From positions 225,154 to 289,153 of the forward strand of contig OY970233.1 in the NCBI GenBank assembly GCA_963714105.1: DNA of 64,000 bases, read 5' to 3'. Source of the DNA: an uncultured Actinomycetes bacterium. Its GTDB lineage: Bacteria; Actinomycetota; Acidimicrobiia; IMCC26256; PALSA-555. This document shows, one piece after another, positions 49,674-61,513 of this stretch. Within the stretch, counting starts at the first letter, position 1; every line of letters begins with the position of its first letter. The notes beneath the pieces were generated by a model. The model did no database searches. It was given only the letters and a program-made list of their open reading frames with translations, and had not been told where the DNA came from. A program made the translations under genes and the position numbers.

Positions 49674-50285
49674 TTACTCAATCGGTGGGGTCGCCGGGTC
49701 GGGGACGGCGACGATGGCACCGAGGAGCTCGGTCCGCACCAGCGTCCGGACCGCGGCGGGGTCGTCGAGGTCCCAGCGGCCGGGGCTGGCGATGAGGGAG
49801 AGGATCATTCGGGCGAGGTAGTCGGCGGCGTGGTCGACATCGACGCCGGGGCGAAGGCGCCTGGCGGTGGCCTCGGCGGCGAGGAGCGGGCGGAGGTACT
49901 CGGCGATGTAGCGCCGGACCCGGGTCGACTCGATGGTCATGAGGGGCAAGAGGGCGTCGGGTTCGGTGACCAGGACGGTCTGGAGCACCTCGTGGTCACG
50001 GACGGCCCGGTGCGCGAAGGTCAGCGCTTCCTCGAAGCGGGTCTCGAGGTCGGAGGCGTCGGCGACCGCGTCGGCGAGCTGGGCGAAGAACCGGTTCATC
50101 TCCCAGCCGACGGTCTCGCGGAGCAGCTGGTCGCGTCCGCCGGGGAAGAGCCGGTAGATCGTCGCCCGAGAGACACCCGACGCCTTGGCGACGTCGTCGA
50201 GGGTGGTCTTGGCCATCCCGACGCGGGCGATGCAGGCGTAGGCCCCGGCGAGGACCGCGCTTCTCGGGTCGGCCGAGGCGGCCAT
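49674..50285 (-). CDS. TetR/AcrR family regulator
   Basis: KTTLDDVAKASGVSRATIYRLFPGG. Confidence 0.9.
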   Translation of the reverse strand: MAASADPRSAVLAGAYACIARVGMAKTTLDDVAKASGVSRATIYRLFPGGRDQLLRETVGWEMNRFFAQLADAVADASDLETRFEEALTFAHRAVRDHEVLQTVLVTEPDALLPLMTIESTRVRRYIAEYLRPLLAAEATARRLRPGVDVDHAADYLARMILSLIASPGRWDLDDPAAVRTLVRTELLGAIVAVPDPATPPIE

Positions 50286-50297
50286 GGTCAGCCCGGG

Positions 50298-51089
50298 TTA
50301 GAGCCCGAGGAGCGAGTCGAGGCCGATGGTGAGCCCGGGCCGGTCGGCGACGGCTCGCACCGCGAGGACGACACCGGGCATGAACGACGACCGGTCGAAG
50401 CTGTCGTGACGGATCGTGAGGGTCTGGCCGGTGGTGCCGAGCAGTACTTCCTGGTGGGCGACGAGGCCGCGGAGGCGCACGGAGTGAACTCGGATCCCGG
50501 CCGGCCCTTCCCCGCCGCGGGGGCCCGCGACGACCTCGTGCTCGGTCGGGTCCTTCGACCAGTCCGAGGACGCGGCGGCCATGCGCTCCGCAGTGAGCAT
50601 CGCGGTGCCGGAGGGTGCGTCGCGTTTCTCGTCGTGGTGGAACTCGATGATCTCCGCCGAGTCGAAGAGCGGGGCGGCCATCTCCGCGAAGCGCATCATG
50701 AGCACCGCGCCGATCGAGAAGTTCGGGGCGATGACCGCGTTCGCGTCCGACGCGTCGAAGCGGGCGGCGAGCGCGTCGAGGTCCGCGGGTGAGAACCCGG
50801 TGGTGCCGACGACGGCGTGGACGCCGTGGTCGGCGCACCAGTCGAGGTTCTTGCGGGCGGCGTCGAGGACGGTGAAGTCGACCGCGACCTCGGCGTGCGC
50901 GTCGACGAGGGCGCGGGGGGATCCCGCGACTTGGAGGCCGGTGTCGGCGATCCCGAGCTGTTGGAGGTCGATGCCAGCGTGGTACGGGTCGACGGCGGCG
51001 GCGAGCTCGAGGGTGGGTTCGGCCGCGACGGCGGCGCAGACGGTCCGCCCCATGCGGCCCCCGGCGCCGAAGACCCCGATCCGCGTCAC
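50298..51089 (-). CDS. dapB: 4-hydroxy-tetrahydrodipicolinate reductase
   Basis: GAGGRMG, VDFT, VGTTG, APNFSIG, EFHHDEKRDAPSGTA. Confidence 0.96.
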   Translation of the reverse strand: MTRIGVFGAGGRMGRTVCAAVAAEPTLELAAAVDPYHAGIDLQQLGIADTGLQVAGSPRALVDAHAEVAVDFTVLDAARKNLDWCADHGVHAVVGTTGFSPADLDALAARFDASDANAVIAPNFSIGAVLMMRFAEMAAPLFDSAEIIEFHHDEKRDAPSGTAMLTAERMAAASSDWSKDPTEHEVVAGPRGGEGPAGIRVHSVRLRGLVAHQEVLLGTTGQTLTIRHDSFDRSSFMPGVVLAVRAVADRPGLTIGLDSLLGL

Positions 51090-52358
51090 GCCGTGAGGGT
51101 AGGCGCGCGGCCGGTGAAGCGCCCCGCCTCGAAGGGACCGACGATGGCGAGGGTCCGGTCGCGGGTCGACAGCACCCGTTCGACGACGCGGGCGACGTCG
51201 GCGGCGGTGACCGCGTCGATGTGGGCGACGAGCTCGTCGAGGGTGGGGATCTCGCCGAGGGTGAGCTCGCTGCGGCCGAGGCGGTGCATCCGCGCCCCGG
51301 AGCTCTCGAGCGAGAGGGCGAGGGAGCCCCGCAGGTGCCCGCGGGCGGAGTCGAGCTCGCGGTCGGTGACGCCACCGTCGGCGACGACGCGGGCCAGCTC
51401 GGCGTCGAGGACGTCGAGGAGCTCGTCGACCCGCTCGGGGGCGGTCCCGGCGGACACCGCGAGCATGCCGGTGTCCTCGAGCGCGGCGCGGAACGAGTAC
51501 ACGGAGTAAGCGAGGCCACGCTTTTCCCGGACCTCTTGGAACAGGCGCGAGGACATGCCCCCGCCGAGGGCCTGGTTCAGGACGCTCAGCGCCCACCGGT
51601 CCGGGTCGTCGTGGCGGCAGGGCCCGCATGCCCCACAGCACGTGGGCCTGCTCGGTGAGGCGGTGAAGGACCGCGAGCGGCCGGGGCGGCGGATCACCCG
51701 AGTAGCTGGTCGCGTGGGGGCCGGTCCCCGTGGGCGCCGTTGAGGCGCGACGTCGACGCAGCTCCACGACCCGGTCGTGTTCGAGGTTCCCGGCCGCGGC
51801 GACGACAACGTTGCTCGGGTGGTAGTGGCGGGCGTGGAAGGCGGCGATGTCGTCGCGGGGCATCACCTTGAGGCTGTCGAACGATCCGATGACCTCCCGG
51901 CCGATCGGATGGTCGGGGAACACCGCCTCGGTGAACACCTCGTGGACGAGGTCCTCGGGTTCGTCGTCGCGCATGCGCAGCTCTTCGAGGATCACGTCCC
52001 GTTCGGATTCGACGTCGTCGTGGCGCAACGCCGGACGCCAGACGATGTCGGAGAGGACGTCGACCGCGAGCTCGAGCTGCTCGTCAGGGACCCGCACGTA
52101 GAAGGTGGTGCACTCCTGCCCGGTGAACGCGTTCATGTCGCCGCCGCGGGCCTCGATCGCCTCGGCGATGGCCGCCGCGTCGCGTTCCTCGGTGCCTTTG
52201 AAGAGGAGGTGCTCGAGGAAGTGGCTGACGCCCGCGCTCGGTGCCGACTCGTCTCGTGAGCCGGTGCCGACCCAGAACCCGACCGCGGCGGAACGGAGCT
52301 CGGGGAGGTCCTCGGTGACGACGCGAATCCCCGAGGCGAGTCGGGACCGCCCGATCAT
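51086..52358 (-). CDS. M16 (pitrilysin) family peptidase (frameshifts about 51620-51760)
   Basis: HFLEHLLFKGT (inverted HxxEH), NAFT; GGGMSSRLFQEVREKRGLAYSV lies in another frame. Confidence 0.9.
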
Positions 52359-52398
52359 CGGGCCGTGATCGGCATCGACACCCCCGTGGTGGAGACGC

Positions 52399-54927
52399 TC
52401 AGCGGCGCCGACGCCGCGGCGGTCGACCGCCACCGCCGCCACCCCCACGCGGGGGGGCGCCGGTCCGGGCCACTTCGCCGGGGCCGAGGTCCCCGAACTC
52501 GGAGCGGGCTTGTTCCTCCCAGCGGTCCTCGAACGACGCCGCCGGGGTCCGGTCGCGGGAGTCCCGGTCGGCGTCCCGATCGTCACGGCCGCGATCCCGG
52601 TCCCGGTCACGGTCACGGTCACGGTCACGGTCCCGGTCACGGTCACGGTCACGGTCACGGTCACGGTCACGGTCACGGTCACGGGCCGGCGCGGACGACC
52701 GGCGCGCGGGCCGGTCGTCGTCGCCGGCGGCGCTGTCGCGCTCGTCGTCGTCCCCGACGAGGCTGAGGGAGAGCTTCCCGGCGTTGTCGATGTCGTCGAC
52801 GCGGACGCGGACCTCGTCGCCGAGGCTCAAGACGTCTTCGACCCGGTCGATGCGCTTGCCCCGCCCGAGCTTGGAGATGTGCAGGAGACCGTCCTTGCCA
52901 GGGAGGACGTTCACGAACGCACCGAACTTGGTGATGTTGACGACCCGCCCGTCGTACTCAGCGCCGAGGTCGGCGGTCGGCGGGTCGAGGATGAGCTCGA
53001 TGCGCCGGCGGGCTTCCTCGACCGCGGAGGATTCCTTCGAGCCGACGGTGACGGTCCCGACCGTCCCGTCGTCGGAGACGGAGACGTCGGCGCCGGTCTC
53101 CTGGGTGATGGTGTTGATCACCTTCCCCTTCGGGCCGATCACCTCGCCGATCTTGTCGATCGGGATCTCGAAGCTGATGATCTTCGGTGCGGTGGGTCGC
53201 ACGTCGTCGCGGGGCTCCGCGATGGCGCCGGCCATGACGTCGAGGATCTGCAGGCGAGCGTCGCGTGCTTGGCGCAACGCCTGGGTGAGCACGTCGGCGG
53301 GGAGCCCGTCGATCTTCGTGTCGAGCTGGAGCGCGGTGACGAAGTCCTTCGTGCCGGCGACCTTGAAGTCCATGTCACCGAACGCGTCTTCGGCACCGAG
53401 GATGTCGGTGAGGGTCGTGTACTTGCCTTCGGCGTAGACGAGTCCCATCGCGATGCCGGCCACCGGGGCCTTTGATCGGGACGCCGGCGTCCATGAGCGA
53501 CAAGCGTCGAGCCGCACACGGAGGCCATCGACGTCGACCCGTTCGACGACAGGACGTCGGACACGACGCGCATGGTGTAGGGCCATTCGACCTGGCCGGG
53601 GAGGACGGGGACCAGCGCCCGTTCCGCGAGCGCGCCGTGGCCGATCTCGCGGCGTTTCGGGGAGCCGACCCGTCCGGTCTCGCCGGTGGAGAAGGGCGGG
53701 AAGTTGTAGTGGTGCAGGTACCGCTTGCGGTCGTCGACGCCGATCGTGTCGAGCATCTGCTCCATGCGGGGCATGCCGAGGGTGGCGACGCTGAGCACCT
53801 GGGTCTCACCCCGCTGGAAGAGGCCGGTCCCGTGCGCGGTGGGGATGATTCCGATGTCGGCGGAGAGGGGACGGATGTCGGTGGTGGAGCGACCGTCGAT
53901 GCGGACGCCGTCGTCGACGATGCGTTTGCGGACCACCTGCTTCTGCAGGGACCGGAACGCCTTGCGGATCTGGCCGGTCCGGTCTGCGAAGGGTGCGTCG
54001 TCGGAGCCGGCGAGCTCGGCGGTCACCGCGGATTCGATCTCGTCGAGGCGGGTGTTGCGGGCGGTCTTGTCGGCGATCGCCATCGCCGATCGCGGTCTCG
54101 TCGCGGACCGAGTCGGCGACGGCGTCGAACACCTCGGGTTCGTAGTCGAAGCGGGGCTCGTAGCTGATCGATTCGATCGGCCCCGATGCTTCTTGGACCT
54201 CGTGCACGAGCTGGAGCTGCAGGTCGATCGACGCGTTGATCCACTGCTTGGAGTACTCGAGGCCGTCGGCGAGGACTTCCTCGGTGACCTTCGGCGCGCC
54301 TTCCTCGTAGAGGCGCCAGGTGGCGTCGGTGCCGCCGGCTTCGACCATCATGATGGCGACGTCGCCGTCGGCGAGACGCCGGCCGGCGACGACCATCTCG
54401 AAGGTGGACTCGTCACCTTGCTGGTAGGTGGGGTGCGCGATCCAGTTCCCGTCGACTTGGGCGATGCGCACCGCGCCGATCGGGCCGTTGAACGGGATCC
54501 CGGACACCATGAGCGCGGCCGACGCGCCGTTGATGGACGCGACGTCGTGGGGGTTCTCGAGGTCAGCGCCGAGGATGGTGGCGATGACCTGCACCTCGTT
54601 GCGGAACCCCTCGGGGAACGACGGCCGCAACGGCCGGTCGGTCAGCCGGCAGGTGAGGATGGCCTGCTCGCCGGGGCGTCCCTCGCGGCGGAAGAACGAG
54701 CCGGGGATCTTGCCGGCCGCGTACATCCGCTCCTCGACGTCGACGGTGAGCGGGAAGAAGTCGATGCCCTCGCGGGGCTTGCTGGTGACGACGGTCGACA
54801 GCAGGGTGGTGTTGCCGAGCTGGACGACGACGGCGCCGTCGGCGAGGGGGGCGAGACGCCCGGTTTCGAAGGACAGGACTTTGCCGTCATCGGCGACGGG
54901 ACCCGACACTCGGGTAGGTGATGGCAC
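52399..54927 (-). CDS. pnp: polyribonucleotide nucleotidyltransferase (frameshifts near 54085 and 53470-53500)
   Basis: [67 protein letters not shown] and S1 domains. Confidence 0.95.
52595..52684. repeat. hexanucleotide tandem repeat (TC(A/C)CGG)x15 encoding (Arg-Asp)n in the PNPase tail
   Basis: Directly visible; translates RDRDRD... in the pnp frame. Confidence 0.95.
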
Positions 54928-54952
54928 GGGAACGTGCTCCTCTCTGGTGATG

Positions 54953-55030
54953 AGAGCGGCGGTTCCCAGTGGTCAGGGTCCGGACGGTTCGGGCCTCCGG
55001 GAGGCCCGGTCCGGGCACTGGCGACTGACA
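54953..55030 (-). promoter_or_regulatory. long imperfect stem-loop in the rpsO-pnp intergenic region (probable RNase III processing site)
   Basis: Minus strand GAGCG-CCGGTT-GTCAGT...CCCGGAC pairs with GTCCGGA...ACTGG-GAACCG-CCGCTC; inner CGGGCCTCC/GGAGGCCCG hairpin. Confidence 0.6.
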
Positions 55031-55042
55031 ACCGGCGCTCGG

Positions 55043-55300
55043 TTACCGGCGCAGGCCGAGCTTGGCGATGAGCGCCCGGTACCGTTCGACGTCGTTCCGT
55101 CGGAGGTAGTCGAGCAACCGACGTCGACGGCCGACCATCGTGAGCAATCCCCGGCGCGAGTGATGGTCCTTGGCGTGGACCTTCAGGTGCTCCGTGAGAT
55201 GGTTGATCCGCTCGGTGAGCAAGGCCACCTGAACCTCGGGCGAGCCGGTATCGGTCTCGTGGAGGCGGTGGTCGGCGATGGTGGCGGAAGTGTCGGGCAT
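55043..55300 (-). CDS. rpsO: 30S ribosomal protein S15
   Basis: [37 protein letters not shown]. Confidence 0.98.
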   Translation of the reverse strand: MPDTSATIADHRLHETDTGSPEVQVALLTERINHLTEHLKVHAKDHHSRRGLLTMVGRRRRLLDYLRRNDVERYRALIAKLGLRR

Positions 55301-55374
55301 GCGTGGGCTCTGACCTGCGTGCGGTCGCTCGGAAGGGTACCAGACGTCCTCCCCGGACCCCGGAGGGGGCCGGG

Positions 55375-56335
55375 TCAGTCGCCGGAGGAGCCGTCGGGTG
55401 GCTTCGACGTCGCGTCCCATCTGGGCGACGAGCGCGTCGACGGTGTCGAAGCGCTCCTCGCCCCGGAGCCGCTCCAGGAACCGGACGCGGACCGCCTGCC
55501 CGTAGAGGTCACCGTCGAAGTCCAGGACGTGGACCTCGAGGAGCGACGCGGCGTCGCCGCCGAAGGTCGGGCGGCGGCCGATCGAGATGGCGCCGACCCG
55601 TTCGATGCCGTCCTCGGCGACGAAGGTGCCGGCGTAGATCCCGTCGGCGGCTCGGCAGGCCCGGGCGGGCAGGACCACGTTCGCGGTCGGGTAGCCGAGG
55701 GCTGCGGCCCCGCCGGTCGCCGGTGACGACGGTGCCTCGCAGCTCGTGGGGTCGGGACGGCCGGCCGAGCATCCGGGCCGCGTCGGCGACACGGCCCTCG
55801 GTGAGGAGCTGGCGGATCGCGGTGGACGAGTAGGGGGTGCCGGCGGCGTCGCCTTCGATCGGGACCAGCCCGAGGCCGAGAACCTCGAAGCCGAGCTCGG
55901 CGCCCATCTGCTCGAGGAGACGGACGGTGCCGTGGCGGTGGAAGCCGAAGTGGAAGTCGGCGCCGACGACGACGACGCGGGCGGCAAGGGCGCCGACGAG
56001 CACCTCGCGGACGAAGTCCTCGGCGGGTTCGCGGCTGCGGGCCTCGTCGAAGGCGAGCACGACGGTGGCGTCGAGGAACCCGGTGCGCGTCGAGCAGTTC
56101 GAGCTTCTGGTCGAGGGGGGTGAGCTGGCACGGTGCGCTGTCGGGGCGGACCACCTCGGCGGGGTGACGGTCGAAGGTGAGGCACACGGCCTCGTGGCCG
56201 CGGGCGCGGGCCAGCTCGGAGACGAGGCGGAGCACCGCCTGGTGGCCGACGTGGACGCCGTCGTACGCGCCGATCGTGACGACGGAGCCGTGCGGGCTCG
56301 GTGTCGGCCCGGGCGAGGTCGTGGACGACCCGCAC
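55375..56335 (-). CDS. ribF: bifunctional riboflavin kinase/FAD synthetase (several frameshifts)
   Basis: [53 protein letters not shown] across frames. Confidence 0.9.
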
Positions 56336-56337
56336 GA

Positions 56338-57230
56338 TCAGGTCCGCGCGCTGACGTCGGCGATCACGACCGCGGGTTTGATCGCGGCTTTGCGGCGCTC
56401 GTACACGGCGAGGAGGTCGCCGTGCGGGTCGAGGATCGCGAACGGGCCGGCGCCGAGGTCACGCCGAGTCGAGGCGGGGAAGGTCATGCCGTGGCGCACG
56501 GCGCGGGCTTCTTCGTCGTCGACTTCGACGGCTTCGAGGTCGCGCATCGCGGCGGCGGGGGTGAGCACGCGCGGTGTCGGGGTCGGCGGTGACCGTCGTC
56601 GAGCGGGTGGGCTTCGGCGAGGGTGAAGGAGCCGACGCGGAGGCGGCGCAGCCGGGCGAGGTGCGCGCAGCCGCCGAGCGCGGCGCCGAGGTCGGCGGCG
56701 AGGGCGCGGACGTAGGTGCCGGCGCTGCACTCGACGAGGATCGTGGCGACGGGATACGGACCGGCTTGGAGGGCTTCGACATCGAGGCGGTCGACGTGCA
56801 CCGGGCGGGGTGCCCGTTCGATCTCTTCGCCGCGGCGGGCGAGCTCGTGGAGGCGGCGGCCGCCGACCTTGACCGCGCTGACCATGGGCGGGACCTGCTG
56901 GATGTCGCCGACGAAGCGGGCCGCGGCGGTTTCGACCTGCTCGAGGGTGACCGGGAGCGGGCGGCGGTCGAGGACCTCGCCGGCGGCGTCGAGGGTGCTG
57001 GTGGCGACGCCGAGGGCGACGTCGCCCCGGTAGGCCTTCCCGGCCTCCTGCAGGAACCGCAGCAGGCGGGTGACGCGGCCGAGCCCGACGAGCAGCACGC
57101 CGGTCGCGTCGGGGTCGAGGGTTCCGGCGTGACCGACCCGCCGTTGGCCGTACACGCCGCGGAGTCGGGCGACGACGTCGTGGGAGGTCCAGCCTGCCGG
57201 CTTGTCGACCACAACTAGGCCGTCGCGCAC
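56338..57230 (-). CDS. truB: tRNA pseudouridine(55) synthase (frameshift near 56600)
   Basis: [40 protein letters not shown]. Confidence 0.93.
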
Positions 57231-57245
57231 GAGCGCCGGTCCGGC

Positions 57246-58204
57246 TTAGAGCGCGGCGCGGATGCGCGCGACGATCGTGGGGACGTCGAGCGAGGTCGTG
57301 AACCCGGCGGCGTACGGTGGCCGCCGCCGCCGTTCGCGTGGCGATGCGGGACACGTCGACGTCGCCGAGGGACCGCAGGCTGACCCGGATGGTCCCGTCG
57401 GCCTCTTCTTTCAGGACGCAGGTGACCTCGGCTTCCTCGGCCCTCCGGAGGACGTCGATGAGCCCCTCCACTTCCTCAATGGTGACGTCGTGGCGGCGCA
57501 GCATGTCCTGGGTGACCGCGGTCCACACGAACCGCTGCTCGCGGATCAGCTCCGCGGCGCCGAGCGCCTCGCTGAGGAGCTTGAGGTACGCGAAGCGGTG
57601 CTCCTCGAAGAGGGATCGGGACAGGCTCGCGACGGGGATGTCGAACTCGGTGAGCCGGCGGGCCAGGTCGAAGACCTCGGGGGTCGTGGTGTCGTACTGG
57701 AAGCGGCCGGTGTCGCAGACGATCGCGGCGTACAGCGCCATCGCCGCGTCCCGGTTGAGGGGCAGCTGGAGGGTGTCGATGAGGCGTTGCACCACCCAGC
57801 CGCTCGCGGCGGCTTCGGGGTCGATGAGGTTGATGGACGCCGTACCGGTCGTTGGAGATGTGATGGTCGACGACGATGAGCTCGTGGGCGGCTTTCGCCG
57901 CGGGGGCGAGGTCACCGAGGCGGTCGAGCGACCCGCAGTCGAAGGTGATCATCACGTCGGGTTCGTCGGGGAAGTCTTCGGGCTTGATCAGCAGCTCGAG
58001 GCCGGGGAGCTCGCGGTAGTGGCGGGCGACGACGAACGGGGACGGGAAGGAGGCGACCACGTCGGTGCCGGCGGCGCGCAGCACGTGGAAGAGGCCGAGC
58101 AGGGAGCCGAGCGCGTCTCCGTCGGGGTTGACGTGGCAGGCGAGCGCGACCTGGCGGGCGCCGCGGATCGAGGTCGCGGCGCGGGTCAGCTCGGTGTCAT
58201 TCAT
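57246..58204 (-). CDS. nrnA: DHH family oligoribonuclease/PAP phosphatase (frameshifts)
   Basis: HVNPDGDALGS, DHH, DTGRFQY, VSLRS across frames. Confidence 0.88.
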
Positions 58205-58577
58205 CGTCGTCCTCCCCGCCTCGACCTCGCGGGGGCAGGCTGCGCAGGATCTCCTCGATCCGCTGGCCCCGCTCGATCGCCGGATCCTCTCGGAAGTGCA
58301 GCTCGGGAAGGTACTTCAGGCGCACCTCGCGTCCCAGCACGGCCCGGAGGTGCGGGGCCGCGGAGCGGAGCGCGGTCTGGGTCGCGTCGTCGTGGCGGCC
58401 GAGCGCGGCGTAGTAGACGCTGGCGTGGCGCAGGTCGGGGCTCACCTCGACGCCGGTGATCGTGACCATCGTGAGGCGGGGGTCCGAGAGGCGTTCGAGC
58501 TCGTCGGCGAGAGATTCGCGGACGACCTCGTTGACGCGGAGCGTCCGGGCGTAGCGGCGGTGGGAGCGTTCCGGCAT
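58197..58577 (-). CDS. rbfA: ribosome-binding factor A
   Basis: DPRLTMVTITGVEVSPDLRHASVY, LKYLPELHFRED. Confidence 0.95.
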   Translation of the reverse strand: MPERSHRRYARTLRVNEVVRESLADELERLSDPRLTMVTITGVEVSPDLRHASVYYAALGRHDDATQTALRSAAPHLRAVLGREVRLKYLPELHFREDPAIERGQRIEEILRSLPPRGRGGEDDDE

Positions 58578-58578
58578 G

Positions 58579-58890
58579 TCACCAGCCTCCGAGCCCGCCG
58601 TCGGGGGCGAGCAGCTCGGCCCGTTCGACGTCGAGCACCTCCACCCCGGGGGCCCCGTCGACGAAGCGTTCGACGGTGGCGAGGACCTCCCGGAGATGCC
58701 CGTCGCTCTCGGCGACCGCGGCGACGCCGATCGCGGCGCGCTGCCAGGTGTCTTGGTGGTCGACCTCGGCGACCGCGACCCGGAACCGCACCCGGAGTCC
58801 GTCCACGATGGGGCGCACCGCGGCCCGTTTGGTCTTCAGGGACCGGCTCTCGGGGACCCGGAGCTCGAACCGGAGGGCAGCCGCGTGCAT
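58579..58890 (-). CDS. DUF503 (YlxP-like) protein
   Basis: SRSLKTKRAAVRPIVDGLRVRFRVAVAEVDHQDTWQRA. Confidence 0.9.
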   Translation of the reverse strand: MHAAALRFELRVPESRSLKTKRAAVRPIVDGLRVRFRVAVAEVDHQDTWQRAAIGVAAVAESDGHLREVLATVERFVDGAPGVEVLDVERAELLAPDGGLGGW

Positions 58891-58922
58891 GATCACCATT
58901 GTGCCGGGGTACCGTCGGTCGG

Positions 58923-59438
58923 ATGCGAACGACCGCCGCGGCCCTCGCCCTGTGCGGGACGCTGCTCGTCGCGGCGGTGGCGGCGGGTCCGGCGGGGGCG
59001 AGCACGGTGGCGGCGCGGCGGCCGTCGGCCAAGAGCCTCGCCACCGAGATCTGCGAGGACATGGTCCGCAACGCGGTCGAATCGAGCTTGGGGACGCCGC
59101 TGCCCGGCGCCCAGTCCGGCGTCTGGGCCGGGTCCACCTACACGTGCACGTACCCGCTGACCGGCGGGCAGCTGGTCCTGCGGGTCGACAACCTCCAGAC
59201 CCGTCAGAAGGCGCGGATCGCCTACGACCAGCTCTCGAAGGCCGCGGTGGGCCGCACCCGTCTGAACGGCCTCGGGGATCGCGCCTACCAGAGCGCCGAC
59301 GGCACGCTCGTCGCGACCAAGGACCAGTTCGTCCTGCACATCGACCCCTCGGCGGTGCCGCCCCCGGCCAGCAAGTCCGACCTGGCCTTCGCGGCCGTGG
59401 TCGCGGTCTTGAGCTGCTGGAGCGGCACCGGCACCTGA
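58923..59438 (+). CDS. secreted hypothetical protein
   Basis: Signal peptide MRTTAAALALC...PAGA; mature part with Cys residues and GLGDRAY. Confidence 0.7.
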   Translation: MRTTAAALALCGTLLVAAVAAGPAGASTVAARRPSAKSLATEICEDMVRNAVESSLGTPLPGAQSGVWAGSTYTCTYPLTGGQLVLRVDNLQTRQKARIAYDQLSKAAVGRTRLNGLGDRAYQSADGTLVATKDQFVLHIDPSAVPPPASKSDLAFAAVVAVLSCWSGTGT

Positions 59439-59443
59439 CCGGC

Positions 59444-59897
59444 GTGGGACCGGTCGGCCTGGGTGCGACCTCACCGAGGGGCACCGGCCGCTCCCCGGAG
59501 GGTTGATCCGCCGGGTGCCCGGCTGGCGGGTCGAGCAGTGCGTCGGGCCGCTCGGGTCTCGGCACGCTCATCGTGAAGCCGACCCGCCACGTGGAGCACC
59601 TCGGGGACCTCACCGCCGCGGAGGCCGCGGGGCTCGGTCCGCTGCTCACCGAGACCGCCCGGGTCGTCGGCGCGCTCAGCGCGGCGGCGCCGGTGTACGT
59701 GTGCTCCTGGTCGCACGGCTCGGTCCACGTGCACTTCGTCGTGCAACCCGAGACCGCCCACGCGGTCGACGCGTTCGGCGCGCACGGACCCGCCCTCCAG
59801 GCCGCGATGTTCGACCGCGGCGACCTCCCGCCCGTCGACCAGGTCGGACGGATACGCGACGGCGGCTCGCAGGCTGTTCCACGATCCGTCCCGGTGA
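59444..59897 (+). CDS. HIT family protein (frameshifted)
   Basis: PLPGGLI...WRVEQCVGPLG / KPTRHVEHLGDLT...LGPLL...VHVHFVVQP (HxH motif). Ends approximate. Confidence 0.65.
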
Positions 59898-61013
<1,116 letters not shown>

Positions 61014-61035
61014 CGCCGCGGCTCGGGCGATCCGG

Positions 61036-61458
61036 TCAGGGCCCCGGGGTGTACAGCGCGGTCGGGATCGGGAGGGCTCATCAGCCCGACGTCTCGACCG
61101 TCGGGGTCTTGGACGATCGCGTACCGGGCGCCCCAGAACGCGTCGGAGGGCGCCTGACGGGCGGTGTAGCCGGCGTCGACGAGCTCGCGGGACGGCAGCG
61201 AGAAGCCGAGCACGGTGCAGGGACCGTCGCCCGGGTCGTCCCGGAGCCGGCGTGCCAGAGGCGGGCCATCGCGACGTTGTCGAACTCGAGGCGCAACCCG
61301 CCGGGCATGGTCGCCTCGACGTGGCGGGCCTCGGTCCCCGGCGGCCACGCCGCGGTGTGCTCGGGCACGGTGACCCCGAGGCGGCGGTAGAAGGTGAGCG
61401 TGGCGTCCAGGTCGGCGGTGACCAGGTTGAACTGATCGAGCGGCGGCGGTCCCGGCAT
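61036..61458 (-). CDS. VOC family protein (frameshifted)
   Basis: LDQFNLVTADLDATLTFYRRLG ... DAFWGARYAIVQDPDG. End approximate. Confidence 0.7.
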
Positions 61459-61513
61459 GGTCACCTCGGTCCGTGAGTCGACGAGCACCCGATCCGTGGT
61501 GCGCGAGGCGCGC

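Noticed and set aside
52595-52684. Tandem repeat as a possible CRISPR array
   Set aside because: 6-bp units with no spacers, inside a coding frame; no cas genes in the window.
52365-52766. Poly-(TV) and poly-(GH) proteins in the ORF track
   Set aside because: Alternative frames or strand of the hexamer repeat that encodes the PNPase RD tail.
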